From a virus, in IMG/VR virus record IMGVR_UViG_3300045988_081319: DNA of 58,037 nucleotides. The stretch is one strand, 5' to 3'. Under the pieces are notes generated by a model. The model was not told the DNA's origin and did no database searches. It was given only the letters and a program-made list of their open reading frames with translations. Shown one piece after another: positions 6,987 to 17,291 of the stretch. A program made the position numbers and the translations under genes. Positions within the stretch are counted from its first letter, which is position 1. Each line of letters starts with the position of its first letter.

Positions 6987-7679
6987 TTACAGAATGTCCC
7001 CGCCAAGCGTATACACGCCGCACAGGGGATAGCCAATCGTATAGGCTCCGGAATCCATCATCGCCTTGATGTCGGGGGCCTTGGCAATGCCGCCCGAATA
7101 ATTCTCCTGCGGAAGTGTGCCGCACAGAAGATAGTCGAAAACCCAGTATTCGGTTACGACCGACACCTGTATTTCAGCGGCACTCTGGCAGAGAATTTCA
7201 TAGGACATGTGGCTCTGCTTGTGCGCGTTGATGTATCGCTTCAGCGCGGTAAGGTCAAGCGGCTCGCTTCCGTCTGCATCAGTAATATTGACACCGAAGG
7301 TGTGCGGCCCGATTCGGTCGATTACCTCAACATCTCGACCGGTCATGATCTTGATGTAGCGTTCGAGCGCATAGGGCGTGAACGGGTGCGGCAGCGCTCG
7401 CATTTCGAGCACCTTCTGGCGGCGCTGTTCGAGCGTGTGCGTAGGCGCAGGAATGAGGCCATATCGACGTTCCCATAGTTCGATGGCCCACGTCACGCTT
7501 TCAGGGAAAAGCTGCGACGGCAGCGACTTTATGATGTCCCACAGTTTGTCGTACTCACGCCCCATGATTTCGTACATCCAGCAGCCGACGTAGGATTCCT
7601 CGTAGATCGGGGAAACCGTGTCGATCATTCGGTTGCCGGATTCGCTCTTGAGGATGATGTCTCTTTGTGTGGCATCCAT
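6987..7679 (-). CDS. Baseplate protein, XkdU/DUF2313-like (P2 gpI-like)
   Basis: 230 aa following baseplate J, with a WAIELWERRYGL-type motif typical of DUF2313. Confidence 0.65.
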   Translation of the reverse strand: MDATQRDIILKSESGNRMIDTVSPIYEESYVGCWMYEIMGREYDKLWDIIKSLPSQLFPESVTWAIELWERRYGLIPAPTHTLEQRRQKVLEMRALPHPFTPYALERYIKIMTGRDVEVIDRIGPHTFGVNITDADGSEPLDLTALKRYINAHKQSHMSYEILCQSAAEIQVSVVTEYWVFDYLLCGTLPQENYSGGIAKAPDIKAMMDSGAYTIGYPLCGVYTLGGDIL

Positions 7680-7681
7680 GC

Positions 7682-8827
7682 TTACACCGCCTTCGTGAAC
7701 TCGACGCTCTTCAAGGCCGGGTAATCATCCACATCAATGGCAACGTTATTCCTTGTGCCGTTGATGTACAGCTCCTTGTAGTCAGCCACGCCAGCCGTTC
7801 CCGACAGGACGCTGCCGACACGGGTGTAGCGCACGCAGCCTTCCTGCTTCGCCTCGTCAAAATACGCAGACAGTCCAACCTTGAAAGCAGCAGTTACGCT
7901 GTCGATGTCCGCATCATCTTCAAGCGTGATCTGGGCTGTGATGGTAAGGTCAACGGAATCAGCCGTGACAACGGTCAAAATCGCCCCAATCGGGGCAAGA
8001 CGTTTGTCGCGGTTCTCCGGCGACATGATGTGATTGTAGACATCTTTCAGCGTTTTTTCATTGGCCGGGTCGCCGTTCGCGTCCATGATAATCAGCTTGA
8101 CAGTTCCGGTTCCTGCGCCTTCCCATTCCGGGACGACGGCAACAGAGCCTACGCCGTCAATCTCCTTGGCCCAGCGCTTATAGTCCGCATCATTGCCGAC
8201 GAACGAGGATTCATTGCTTTTATCATGCTCCATGATGCGCTGACGAAGATCCTCATCCGTTTCATCGTCGGTTCCGCCGGTAATGGCATCCTCATTCGTA
8301 ATATCGGCGATACCGCCGATTGGAGACGCCATGAGCGTTACGCTGTTGGCCGGTACATTTCCAACAGGGCCGTTCTCGGTGCATTGGATGTCGATGTAGA
8401 CAGTTCGTTCTTCGCTGTCTCCGGGGATAACAGCATCTTCCAGTGTAGCATATTCCACGTTGGAAGTTACGGCTGTTGCGGGAGTGCTGAACACAAAGCC
8501 TTTGGGGATGAGCGTTCCTTCAACGCCCGTTACCTTCAATTTACCAGAGGCGGCAGTGGCGGATTTACGGCTCAGACCGGCGGCGCGAGCGTGCATATCG
8601 AGGTATTCGCCATATGTCCATTCCGGAAAGAAAATCTGAATGATTTCATTCAGGACAATCATGGCATCGGCCTTTTCGATTGCCGCAGGGAACGTGAAGT
8701 CCGACGCAAAGCCACCTTCTGTCTTGTCGATGTCTCCGGGAAGATTTTCAAGCATTCTTGCCCGTATCGTTTCCTCATCCATATCGTCAAGGATTTCAGG
8801 CGGCGTATAGCTGGTTACGTTTTCCAT
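7682..8827 (-). CDS. Baseplate J-like protein (XkdT-like)
   Basis: 381 aa. Size, position and N-terminal region (EETIRARMLENLPGDIDKTEGGF) are typical of the baseplate J family. Confidence 0.75.
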   Translation of the reverse strand: MENVTSYTPPEILDDMDEETIRARMLENLPGDIDKTEGGFASDFTFPAAIEKADAMIVLNEIIQIFFPEWTYGEYLDMHARAAGLSRKSATAASGKLKVTGVEGTLIPKGFVFSTPATAVTSNVEYATLEDAVIPGDSEERTVYIDIQCTENGPVGNVPANSVTLMASPIGGIADITNEDAITGGTDDETDEDLRQRIMEHDKSNESSFVGNDADYKRWAKEIDGVGSVAVVPEWEGAGTGTVKLIIMDANGDPANEKTLKDVYNHIMSPENRDKRLAPIGAILTVVTADSVDLTITAQITLEDDADIDSVTAAFKVGLSAYFDEAKQEGCVRYTRVGSVLSGTAGVADYKELYINGTRNNVAIDVDDYPALKSVEFTKAV

Positions 8828-8846
8828 ACAGTATCTTCACCTCCCA

Positions 8847-9296
8847 TTACGTCACGACCGTCATTCCAACATCAAAAGCCTCCCAGCTCTTCGGCTTGAT
8901 GATGAAAGAGGTGGTCAGTTCGTTGCCTTTCCACAAATACTCAAAGTTGTACACCCTATCCACATGCGGGTTGCTCAAAAGAGCTTCGGAGATCGTGCGT
9001 TCAAGCGCAGACTGCACTGCATCGCGCGTCGGCTCCATCAGACAGGCTTCCACGTCGATTCCGCAGCCGTAGTAGCTCTGGCAAGCCCCGGCTTGCGTCT
9101 GAAGCGTTTTCAGCACCCACAGCATGAAAGCGTCTCTGCCGTTTACCATGACGACGCGGTTCGCACCGTCTCTGACAAAATCTCCGGTATCAAAATCAAA
9201 AAGAGGGGCTGGAAGAAAAACCTGTTCCTCCGTATCATCGGATGCCTGCATTGCAGGAATCTCGAATACCGGGTATAATTTCTGGCTTTCTGCCAT
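8847..9296 (-). CDS. Baseplate protein, XkdS/DUF2634-like
   Basis: 149 aa after trimming to MAESQKLYPVFE behind GGAGGTG. Synteny with the Xkd baseplate module. Confidence 0.6.
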   Translation of the reverse strand: MAESQKLYPVFEIPAMQASDDTEEQVFLPAPLFDFDTGDFVRDGANRVVMVNGRDAFMLWVLKTLQTQAGACQSYYGCGIDVEACLMEPTRDAVQSALERTISEALLSNPHVDRVYNFEYLWKGNELTTSFIIKPKSWEAFDVGMTVVT

Positions 9297-9310
9297 TTTC
9301 ACACCTCCTA

Positions 9311-9679
9311 TCAGATGACGCTGCTTGCCGAGAGAATCACGTCCACGACCACAGCATCGTTCTGAACCCATGCAACCAGCACTCGGTCGCCAACTTTGAG
9401 CGCTTCGCGTGTGGAGACGTCCACGGTATGACTATGGCTTCCGTGGTCGCCAACGCTCCTTGACGAGGTTGTAGCCTTGACGGTACGGCTTTTCAAGTGC
9501 CGACACACAAGGTAGTCAGAACGTGGTATCGGCAGCGGATATGTGTTTGTAAGCAGAGACTTATCGCCCTGAATGACGCCAAAATCAAGCAAGAGCTCCT
9601 TTGGAATCTGCTTATCCGCAATACCCCGAAGCACGCTTGCCAGTCTGCTTACACCCGGACTGTTGTCGCCTTTGCTCAT
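9311..9679 (-). CDS. Baseplate spike-region protein, XkdR/DUF2577-like
   Basis: 122 aa. Synteny between the XkdQ-like and XkdS-like genes. Confidence 0.55.
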   Translation of the reverse strand: MSKGDNSPGVSRLASVLRGIADKQIPKELLLDFGVIQGDKSLLTNTYPLPIPRSDYLVCRHLKSRTVKATTSSRSVGDHGSHSHTVDVSTREALKVGDRVLVAWVQNDAVVVDVILSASSVI

Positions 9680-10674
9680 GCCGGTTCCACCTCCATCTGC
9701 ATCGTCATGGTTGTCGCATTGTGCGTGATGCCGAGAACGTAGAAAAAACCGCTCAGACCATCCGTCTTCGCGTGTATTCTGTCGCCTTTCCGAATCAACG
9801 GGAAGTCGGGAGACTGAAACGTAATCGTGCGTTCAGGTTTACCCTTCTCGTCAATCAACTCCTGCGCTTCCTTCTTGGCATCGGCAAGCGAACTGCTGCC
9901 AGCCGCCTTGACAGACTGCAAGATGCCGTACTCCACGTCGCCGTCCACCGTCGCTTCAACCTTCGGGCGGCCTTCGCTGTCGTCCTTGCCGGTAATCACT
10001 ACGCGGGTGACAAGGTTCGTCATGGAGAACTTGTCCTTGCTTGCCGTCAAATTCGTATCGGCTGTGAATGCGTAGATGTCAGGGTTTCCGCCCTGCTTTA
10101 CAACATCCGCCTTTCCTTTGTTTGCGCGAATAATCGACTTCGCGCCGCCGAGCTTCTTTGCATCGTCCAGCGTCTCGGTCAGCATGGCAGAAATGGTCTT
10201 GCTCTTATAGAGAATTTTCTGATGGGTGACGTTTGCGCCGGAGTATTCGCCGACCGGCACATTCCACGAAGTCAGAATATCGGACATGATGCTCTGCGTG
10301 GTCTTGCCTTTGGCGTAATACTTGCTGTCCGTAGACTTTTGCAAATAGAAAAGCAGGTCGTAGCACGTCAGGACAATGGAATCACCCGCTATGCGCGAAT
10401 GTTCCCATTCCCAAACCGTGCCGCGAAAAATCTCCTGCTGCCCAGCTCCCCAGTCTGCAAACAGATAAACAATCGTGCAGAGGGCGAGCGCCTGAGATAG
10501 GCGCCCACCCTCAAACGGGATGTCTCGAATCGCAAGGTTCAGCCGGACGGCAAGCTCTTTCTCGTTTTCTTCCCAAGCAATATTCTCGGCTACATTTTCG
10601 AGATGAACCTGCCGCCCATCTGAAAGAACGGCAATCAGGTAGTAGCTGATCTTTGACAAATCAACGGATACCAT
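9676..10674 (-). CDS. Baseplate hub / late-control-D-like protein (XkdQ-like)
   Basis: 332 aa directly downstream of the XkdP-like gene and the tape measure. Confidence 0.65.
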   Translation of the reverse strand: MVSVDLSKISYYLIAVLSDGRQVHLENVAENIAWEENEKELAVRLNLAIRDIPFEGGRLSQALALCTIVYLFADWGAGQQEIFRGTVWEWEHSRIAGDSIVLTCYDLLFYLQKSTDSKYYAKGKTTQSIMSDILTSWNVPVGEYSGANVTHQKILYKSKTISAMLTETLDDAKKLGGAKSIIRANKGKADVVKQGGNPDIYAFTADTNLTASKDKFSMTNLVTRVVITGKDDSEGRPKVEATVDGDVEYGILQSVKAAGSSSLADAKKEAQELIDEKGKPERTITFQSPDFPLIRKGDRIHAKTDGLSGFFYVLGITHNATTMTMQMEVEPA

Positions 10675-10686
10675 AAACTGCCCTCC

Positions 10687-11706
10687 TTACTTCTTGAGCC
10701 TGTTGAACGTATTCTTCTTTGCAGGGGTAATCTTCTTCGTAGGGATATTTATCTTTGTGGTGGTCTTCTTCGTAGTAGACTTTGCAGCGCCCGCAAGAGC
10801 ACTCTTGATTGCATTGGTGACTTTGCTCAATGCGCTGGACACGACCTTCGTCTTGGATTCAATGCTCTTCTTCACTGCATCCTTCGCCACATTGATTAGG
10901 CTCGTATTCGGCTTCGATAACGTCAGGGACTTCTTGCTGTTGGTGTTGTTCGAGGTCGTCGATTTCGCCGTAGACGAGTTGGAATTCTTCTTGCTGGAAC
11001 TATTGCTCGACGAGCCGCTGCTGGAAGACGAGGAAGATGTCGTCAGCTTGATATAGCTCGCGCTAATCCAGCCTACGCCGCCTTCGCCCTTCGGGTATAC
11101 GATCTTATACCAGTTGCCGCTTTTGTCGAGTATTTCGACCTGCGTGCCCTTGCTGAGGGTTCCGTAGCTCTTATAGCTGGTTCCCGGCCCTTTGCGCACG
11201 TTCACCTTGCCGCCCGTAACAGTTCCGTATTTCTTGTTTCCGCTACTCTCGCCCGAAGATGAAGCGGAAGAAGGCGGAACAACAGGCGCTGGCGTTGTGG
11301 TCACGAACAGCTCAAGCCGCTTTGTCAGGTTGATGGTATAGGAGACGTTTCCGACGCCGTAATACTCGTAGACGAAGCTCTCTATGAACGTATCCACGTT
11401 GATGGACAAATCCGTTACCATCAGTGTGATGGTATCGCCGTTTTCCTGCCACTCTTCAAGCAGTTTGATGATTTTCGCCGGTTCCTGCCAGTCATAGACA
11501 TACGAAGCGGAAGCCAGTTGGTCTGACGGGAATACACCATTCCAAGAATACCCCGCGAGTGTTGACCCACGGGGTATCTTGACTTCGCCTTTTTTGATGA
11601 TGGACAAGGAGACGACGCTCGCACCAGTCTTCACATTCAGGCGGTCTGGCAACAGAGGGATGCGCAGACGCGCTCCCGTCCTTTTGGAAGTGAGGTAGAA
11701 TTCCAT
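10687..11706 (-). CDS. XkdP-position tail protein with SH3b domain and Ser/Lys/Thr-rich tail
   Basis: SH3b-like segment GTVTGGKVNVRKGPGTSYKSYG..GWISASYI. aa 221-339 are low-complexity (poly-Ser, then K/T-rich). Confidence 0.7.
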   Translation of the reverse strand: MEFYLTSKRTGARLRIPLLPDRLNVKTGASVVSLSIIKKGEVKIPRGSTLAGYSWNGVFPSDQLASASYVYDWQEPAKIIKLLEEWQENGDTITLMVTDLSINVDTFIESFVYEYYGVGNVSYTINLTKRLELFVTTTPAPVVPPSSASSSGESSGNKKYGTVTGGKVNVRKGPGTSYKSYGTLSKGTQVEILDKSGNWYKIVYPKGEGGVGWISASYIKLTTSSSSSSSGSSSNSSSKKNSNSSTAKSTTSNNTNSKKSLTLSKPNTSLINVAKDAVKKSIESKTKVVSSALSKVTNAIKSALAGAAKSTTKKTTTKINIPTKKITPAKKNTFNRLKK

Positions 11707-11720
11707 GCGTTACGCCTCCC

Positions 11721-14700
11721 TTAAACCATATTGGCAACGATGTCTTCGAGCTGCTCGGCAATCGCGTTTCCGAAGATTTCCGCAAGCTCCTTCTGCTTTC
11801 CCTTGAGCTTGTCAAGAATATCGTCGGTGCTTTCGCCGCCTTCAATCTGGAAAACAGGATTTGCTGCGACGCTGACCGAGAACGAATTGCTTCCGCCGCC
11901 ACCGGTAGTCTGAATCGGTTTAGGCTTGCTGTCGCCGTCCCCGTCATCCCACACAACGTCGGGCAGGTTTTCGATAGCGCTGGAATAGGGGGAAAGAATC
12001 CCTCCGTCCGCAAACTCGGCAACACCCAACATTTCACCGGCTTGCAGCCACAGATCAATACCTCTGTCACGGCGCTTCGCGCCGAGCGGAATAATTGCTT
12101 CCGGGCCGTCTTCAGCCACCCACGAAAGCATGGCCCCATCATAGATGCCACCGTTGGCATTTTTCATCAGGGAACCAAACGACCGGGTGTAGGAATTATT
12201 GTAGGTATTGTTGTAGGTGTTGTTCGTGAGCGTCGTGGTCGCCGACGTGCCATCCAGCGCCTTCAGTGAAGTGCGGAGACTGTCAACCTGTGTCTTGCAC
12301 CCACTCGCATCGCCGCCAAGAGCAACGAACGCTTCCTGTGCATCCACGAGAGAGAAGGACGAAAGATCAATTCCATTGAGAGTTTCCAGCGCAGTGTTGA
12401 GTTCATCCAGACTGCTGATTTTATCGGCGCCCAAGGCTTCCAGCGCTGCGTTGACGCTTTCCAGCGCCGCAACGCCTTCTTCAGAGGCGGCGAAAGCCGC
12501 CTGCTCTTCGGCTGTCATGGCCGTGTACTGCGTTGTTACAGCCTGTACCTGCTGCTGCACCTGCTGCATGACCTCAGCTTTTGCAGCAATCTCAACGACC
12601 TCGACAGGCTGCGTCTTGTCGCTTTCGGCGAGGTAGTCCGTCTGTGCATTCAACTGCTGAAGCGCCATCACAGCGTCTTGGAATAATTGCTGTCCGACAG
12701 AATCAAGTTCGGAATAGCTCGCGGCGATTTCCTCAAGGCTCATACCCGCCTGAGCGGTTCCCTCGAAGGTTTTGCCAGTCAGAAGGGAAACTTCGCCGCC
12801 GTAGATGCCCTTTAGCTGATCGTTGTACTTGATATAATCGGCATTGTTCGATTCCGTGGTATTCGAGGCTCTCGTTTCTGCATCCTGAATGGTGCCGAGA
12901 AGCGAACCGAAATAGGAACCGTCCAGCAACCAGTCGAACGCAGGTATGCCCTGAGAAACAAGAGGAAGCCCGTAGTTATCAATCGCATACGGAGCAACTT
13001 CATTCGTATACCTTTCCTGAATGCCTTGGATTCCGGGCATGAACGTCTCTTCGTACCAAGTATCGTACTGATCGGACGTGATTTCTCCCGATCTACGCCT
13101 TGCGTACTGAAGATCGTCCTGAGCAACCAAATTCGCTCGGTCAGCTTCGAGCTGCATCAAATTGCCTCGCGCCGTGGACAGGCTGTCCTGCACGGCTTTA
13201 TCCACTTCGTACTGCTGCTGGTATTCGCCACGCCTTTCAACAAGCTCAGGAATAAGCTGACGGCTCTGGACGAGGCTGGTTTCAAGCTCAATCAGCTTCG
13301 TGTTGGCCTCAGTCGCCAGCGTATCGGACACTTGCTGCTGACGTTCCTCGGTGACACGCCCAGCGTTCACGTCGTCCTGCGTGATCTGCCCGCCGCTGAG
13401 GTCAATAAGATTACCGTACAGCTCTTCAAGCTGCGCATTGTAGGCTTGAAGGTCTTCTGTCTTCAAGCTGCCGCCAGCAAACGAGAAGTTGAGCACGGCA
13501 GTCTTGTCGCCAATAGTCATCATGGCATCAGACAGTTTCTTGAGCTCGTCTATACTCAGGCCAGCTTCGTTCAACTCGGCGTTGATCTCAGCACGGCGAT
13601 CTTCCAGCCGGTCATATTCGCCTGCGATTTCCTTGATCTGCGCCTCCGTCAGGCTCTGACCAGACAGCATAAGCGTGATAGCCGCTTCCTTCGTCTTCAA
13701 GGATTCGTATTCTTTGGACAAGCTCGCAATTTCCGCTTCGGTAAGCCCGCCCTCAGCTATTTTCGCCTCAATTTCTACACTTCTGGATTTGACGCCTTCG
13801 AGTGCTTCCTTGTACTGCTTCACTTCAGCTTCAGACAAGGAAGAACCAGCGAGCGTCAACTCAATTTCTGCTTCGCGAGTGTAGATGCCGGACAGCTCTG
13901 TTGTGTAGCTTTCAATCTGGTCTTTCGTCAGGCTCGTTTCGGAGAGAATGACGCTGACTTCGGCTTTTTTGCCATCAATCGAACCCATGAGGCTCGAAGC
14001 AAGAGCAATACCAGCAGTCGTAAGCCCAAGCCCTTCGAGTTTTACGGAGAGCTTTTCTTCACGGCTCTTGATGATTTCAAGTTCACTCTCATAAGCCGCC
14101 GCTTCTTCCGCAGTCAACGTGCCGGAAGCAAGAGCTACCTTAATTTCTTCCTCGCAGCTCTGCAAAACAGCAAGCTGACCTGCATAGGTCTGGATAGCTT
14201 CCGGAGTTACGCTGGACGCAGCAAGTTCGGCCTGAATCTCGACCTTTCGGCTTTTCAGCTTATCAAGTTCGGCCTGATATGCCGCTATGTCGGAAGGTGT
14301 AAGCGTTCCAGCGGCAAGGGCTGCTTCAAGTTCAACTTCGCGCCCATTGAGCTTATCCAGCTCAGATTGATAGGTGGTCACTTCTTCGGCAGTCAGCGTG
14401 CCAGAGGCAAGCTGCGCTTCGATGTAAGCCTTGCGGTCTTTGATTTCCTTTAGTTCCGTATTGTATGCGGCAATATCACTTTCCGTAAGCGAAGTATCAG
14501 ACAGGCGAGCGGTCAGCCAAACTTCCCGGTTTTCAATTCCGGCCAGTTCTGCTTTCAACTGAGTGATTCTATCCTGATTCTCCGAATCGTAATTGGCGAT
14601 CTTGAGTTTGACTTCCTTGATGTCCTGAATCGTGCCAACCGCATCATTCACACGCTTTGCGCTGGTTTCATAGGCGGTCGCCGCGTCCTGTACTTTGTCT

Positions 14701-17072
14701 CCTGCGTGCAGCAAATCCTGCTCATGGCGAGCCTGAGCATTCTTGTAGATTGCATATCCCGCCCCAAGTGCCACAAGCGCTGCCGCTGCCACCCATCCCC
14801 AAACAGGAATGGCAGCAAGGGCGGTTTTCAGGCCGCCGAGAATGACGCTGGCTTTGCCGATGCCGACAGCGGAAGCTGCTGCGGTCGTTCCGACTGTCTG
14901 CACAGCAGGGGCAGCAGCCGCTGCAGCAGATGTTACGCCGCCAAACGCGGCTTTGAGTTGGCCAAAGGTTTTCACTACGCTGAACGCACCACTGCCAACC
15001 TTGAGTGCACCAAAACCAATCATTCCAGCCTTCATCAGGCCGGGCATTTTTCCAGCGAGATCGCCGAAGTCAAGCCCGCTCATGAACGCAGAAACAAATT
15101 CCTTTGCCATCTGTGCACCGGCTTTGGCGATGCCAGTGATGTTCATTCCCTCAAAGTCGATTTCTTCGCCTTTGAGTGCTGCAAACACGCCGGTCACAAT
15201 GCCGTTGAGCAGTTCGCCCGCGCTTTTGCCGAACTTCGAGATGGCACCAAGCATGATTTCCTGACCGCCGCCATTCCACCAGTCATTGAACGGTTCTGCG
15301 ATGATTTTATCCCACGCAACAAAGAACTTATCGGCGAATCCATCCGCATTCTGAAAATCAGCGCCGTTGAACACGCCCGAAAGAAATTCTTTGAGCCGCT
15401 TCGCTTTGGAGATGCCGCTGTCGATAAGCTGCTCAATCTTCTCCTGAATGGCGGGGATTTTCGTCGTTAGCCACTGTACGCCTTCACGCAGGTACGGATT
15501 CAGCTTGTCCATGATTTCGAGCTTGGCTGTTTCGAGCGCGCCGCCCATTTCCTCAAGGTCGCCAGCGAGGTTGTCGAGGCGCGTCTTTGCCATTTCGTCT
15601 GCCGCGCCTTTGGCGTTGTTCAGTTGTTCTGCGAAGCTCTCGTAGGTATCTGCGCCCTGATCGAGGATGCCAAGCCATGCGCTGGCGGCTTCCGTGCCGA
15701 ACAACGTCTGCGCGGCCTCAAGGCGCTGGGATTCAGACAGGCCCGTGAACGACTTTTCGAGCATTCGCACGATGTCGCCGGTTTTCTTCATGTTTCCGTT
15801 TGCATCCGTAAAGGAAATGCCCAGCTCGGTCATGGTCTTCTGCATGTCCGTCGTGGGCTTCGACATACGCAGCAGAGAAGCACGAAGGGCCGTACCGGCT
15901 TGGCTACCCTTGATACCTGCGTTTGCCATCATGCCAGCCAAAGCAGACACCTCTTCGAGGCCCATGCCGAAGGTGTGCGCGATGGGTGCAGCGTACTTCA
16001 TGGTTTCGCCCAGCATTTCTACGGTCGTGTTGGAAGATGTGGCTGCTTTGGCGAATACGTCTGCGGCCCGGCTGGCTTCATTCGCTTCCATGCCCATTGC
16101 GGTCATCACGTCGGAAACGATGTCTGCCGCCGCACCAAGGTCAGTTGCTCCGGCTGCGGCCAAGTCCAGCAGACCGGGCATAGCCGCAATAATCTCGTTC
16201 GTATCCCAACCAGCCATAGCGAGGTATTGCATACCCTCGGATGCTTCAGACGCGCTGAACGCAGTTGTCGCACCGAGGTCTTTTGCAGTTTGCTTTAGCT
16301 GGATAAATTCCTCGTTCGTTGCACCGGATAGAGACTTCACGGCACTCATGCCAGTCTCAAAATCGTTGTACGTTGTAACAAGGTCGCTTGCGCTCAAACC
16401 GACGCCAGCGACCGATAGTGCTATTGTGATTGGACTTGAAATCCAATTATACAGTTTCCTGAACGGTGCCGTGATGAAGTCCTTCATTCGCACAGCAACG
16501 CTCCAAGTTCTGGATACCAAATTCTTCGCGCTGTTCCAGATGTTCTTCAGGATAGGAGACGCCTTGTCCAGCGCCTTCATGATGAGCTTGAATTTTTTCT
16601 TGAACATGCCACGAAGCGTCTGATTGGTTCTTTCGACACGCTGCGTAAATCTGTCCGCACCGGTGGAAGCAGAATTAAAAGCGGAGCCGGAGCGTTCTCC
16701 GGCTTCCGCTGCCGCCGAAGCGGTTTCTTCGTATGCTTCGCCAACTCCGCTGACGGAATCTTCAAGTCTGGTGTTCGCACTTTCGGCCTCGGAAGCTGCT
16801 GCCGTCTGATCGGAACCGGCATCAGAAGCAGCGCTGCCTACGTCGTCATAGGAATCGGCAACATCAGCATTTGCGCTTTCGACCCTTTGAAGGGAACTGG
16901 CTGTGCTGGCGGCTGCGCGGTCGATAGCATCGAAGGCTTCCGTGGCGGCAGTTCTATTCTGCTTCATCCCGTTGATGATTTTCTGCAAGGCAGTTTCGAG
17001 CCGCTGCAATGCTGCGGCATCTGTTTTGTCAATCGCTTCAACCGGGATTTCGATTCTGAATATCTGCTCCAC
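11721..17072 (-). CDS. Tail tape measure protein (1783 aa)
   Basis: GTG start. Ala/Gly-rich helical protein with an internal TM (IPVWGWVAAAALVALGAGYAIY) and twelve 31-aa repeats. Sits between the chaperone and the baseplate genes. Confidence 0.9.
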   Translation of the reverse strand: MEQIFRIEIPVEAIDKTDAAALQRLETALQKIINGMKQNRTAATEAFDAIDRAAASTASSLQRVESANADVADSYDDVGSAASDAGSDQTAAASEAESANTRLEDSVSGVGEAYEETASAAAEAGERSGSAFNSASTGADRFTQRVERTNQTLRGMFKKKFKLIMKALDKASPILKNIWNSAKNLVSRTWSVAVRMKDFITAPFRKLYNWISSPITIALSVAGVGLSASDLVTTYNDFETGMSAVKSLSGATNEEFIQLKQTAKDLGATTAFSASEASEGMQYLAMAGWDTNEIIAAMPGLLDLAAAGATDLGAAADIVSDVMTAMGMEANEASRAADVFAKAATSSNTTVEMLGETMKYAAPIAHTFGMGLEEVSALAGMMANAGIKGSQAGTALRASLLRMSKPTTDMQKTMTELGISFTDANGNMKKTGDIVRMLEKSFTGLSESQRLEAAQTLFGTEAASAWLGILDQGADTYESFAEQLNNAKGAADEMAKTRLDNLAGDLEEMGGALETAKLEIMDKLNPYLREGVQWLTTKIPAIQEKIEQLIDSGISKAKRLKEFLSGVFNGADFQNADGFADKFFVAWDKIIAEPFNDWWNGGGQEIMLGAISKFGKSAGELLNGIVTGVFAALKGEEIDFEGMNITGIAKAGAQMAKEFVSAFMSGLDFGDLAGKMPGLMKAGMIGFGALKVGSGAFSVVKTFGQLKAAFGGVTSAAAAAAPAVQTVGTTAAASAVGIGKASVILGGLKTALAAIPVWGWVAAAALVALGAGYAIYKNAQARHEQDLLHAGDKVQDAATAYETSAKRVNDAVGTIQDIKEVKLKIANYDSENQDRITQLKAELAGIENREVWLTARLSDTSLTESDIAAYNTELKEIKDRKAYIEAQLASGTLTAEEVTTYQSELDKLNGREVELEAALAAGTLTPSDIAAYQAELDKLKSRKVEIQAELAASSVTPEAIQTYAGQLAVLQSCEEEIKVALASGTLTAEEAAAYESELEIIKSREEKLSVKLEGLGLTTAGIALASSLMGSIDGKKAEVSVILSETSLTKDQIESYTTELSGIYTREAEIELTLAGSSLSEAEVKQYKEALEGVKSRSVEIEAKIAEGGLTEAEIASLSKEYESLKTKEAAITLMLSGQSLTEAQIKEIAGEYDRLEDRRAEINAELNEAGLSIDELKKLSDAMMTIGDKTAVLNFSFAGGSLKTEDLQAYNAQLEELYGNLIDLSGGQITQDDVNAGRVTEERQQQVSDTLATEANTKLIELETSLVQSRQLIPELVERRGEYQQQYEVDKAVQDSLSTARGNLMQLEADRANLVAQDDLQYARRRSGEITSDQYDTWYEETFMPGIQGIQERYTNEVAPYAIDNYGLPLVSQGIPAFDWLLDGSYFGSLLGTIQDAETRASNTTESNNADYIKYNDQLKGIYGGEVSLLTGKTFEGTAQAGMSLEEIAASYSELDSVGQQLFQDAVMALQQLNAQTDYLAESDKTQPVEVVEIAAKAEVMQQVQQQVQAVTTQYTAMTAEEQAAFAASEEGVAALESVNAALEALGADKISSLDELNTALETLNGIDLSSFSLVDAQEAFVALGGDASGCKTQVDSLRTSLKALDGTSATTTLTNNTYNNTYNNSYTRSFGSLMKNANGGIYDGAMLSWVAEDGPEAIIPLGAKRRDRGIDLWLQAGEMLGVAEFADGGILSPYSSAIENLPDVVWDDGDGDSKPKPIQTTGGGGSNSFSVSVAANPVFQIEGGESTDDILDKLKGKQKELAEIFGNAIAEQLEDIVANMV

Positions 17073-17075
17073 GTT

Positions 17076-17291
17076 TTATCGCCTCCTTTGTTTGGCGGAT
17101 GCTGCTTGCCGACGCCGTTCTTCCGCCGCTGCCGCCGCTTGCTGTTCAGCCTCAAGCTGGACTTCCATGCTCTTGAGCATGAAGGTGCGAACAAAACGCG
17201 GCTTGCTCATCACTTCATCAGGGGTCAATCCCGTCCGCTGAAAGATGTGATGGAGCAGCCGCGCTTTTCCGCCAGCTATAATCAGTTTTTT
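17076..17291 (-). CDS. -1 frameshift extension of the tail assembly chaperone (G/GT-type)
   Basis: Slippery A_AAA_AAC at 17291..17285 in the zero frame. The -1 frame stays open for 69 codons to a TAA at 17078..17076. Confidence 0.7.
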   Translation of the reverse strand, partial: KKLIIAGGKARLLHHIFQRTGLTPDEVMSKPRFVRTFMLKSMEVQLEAEQQAAAAAEERRRQAASAKQRRR

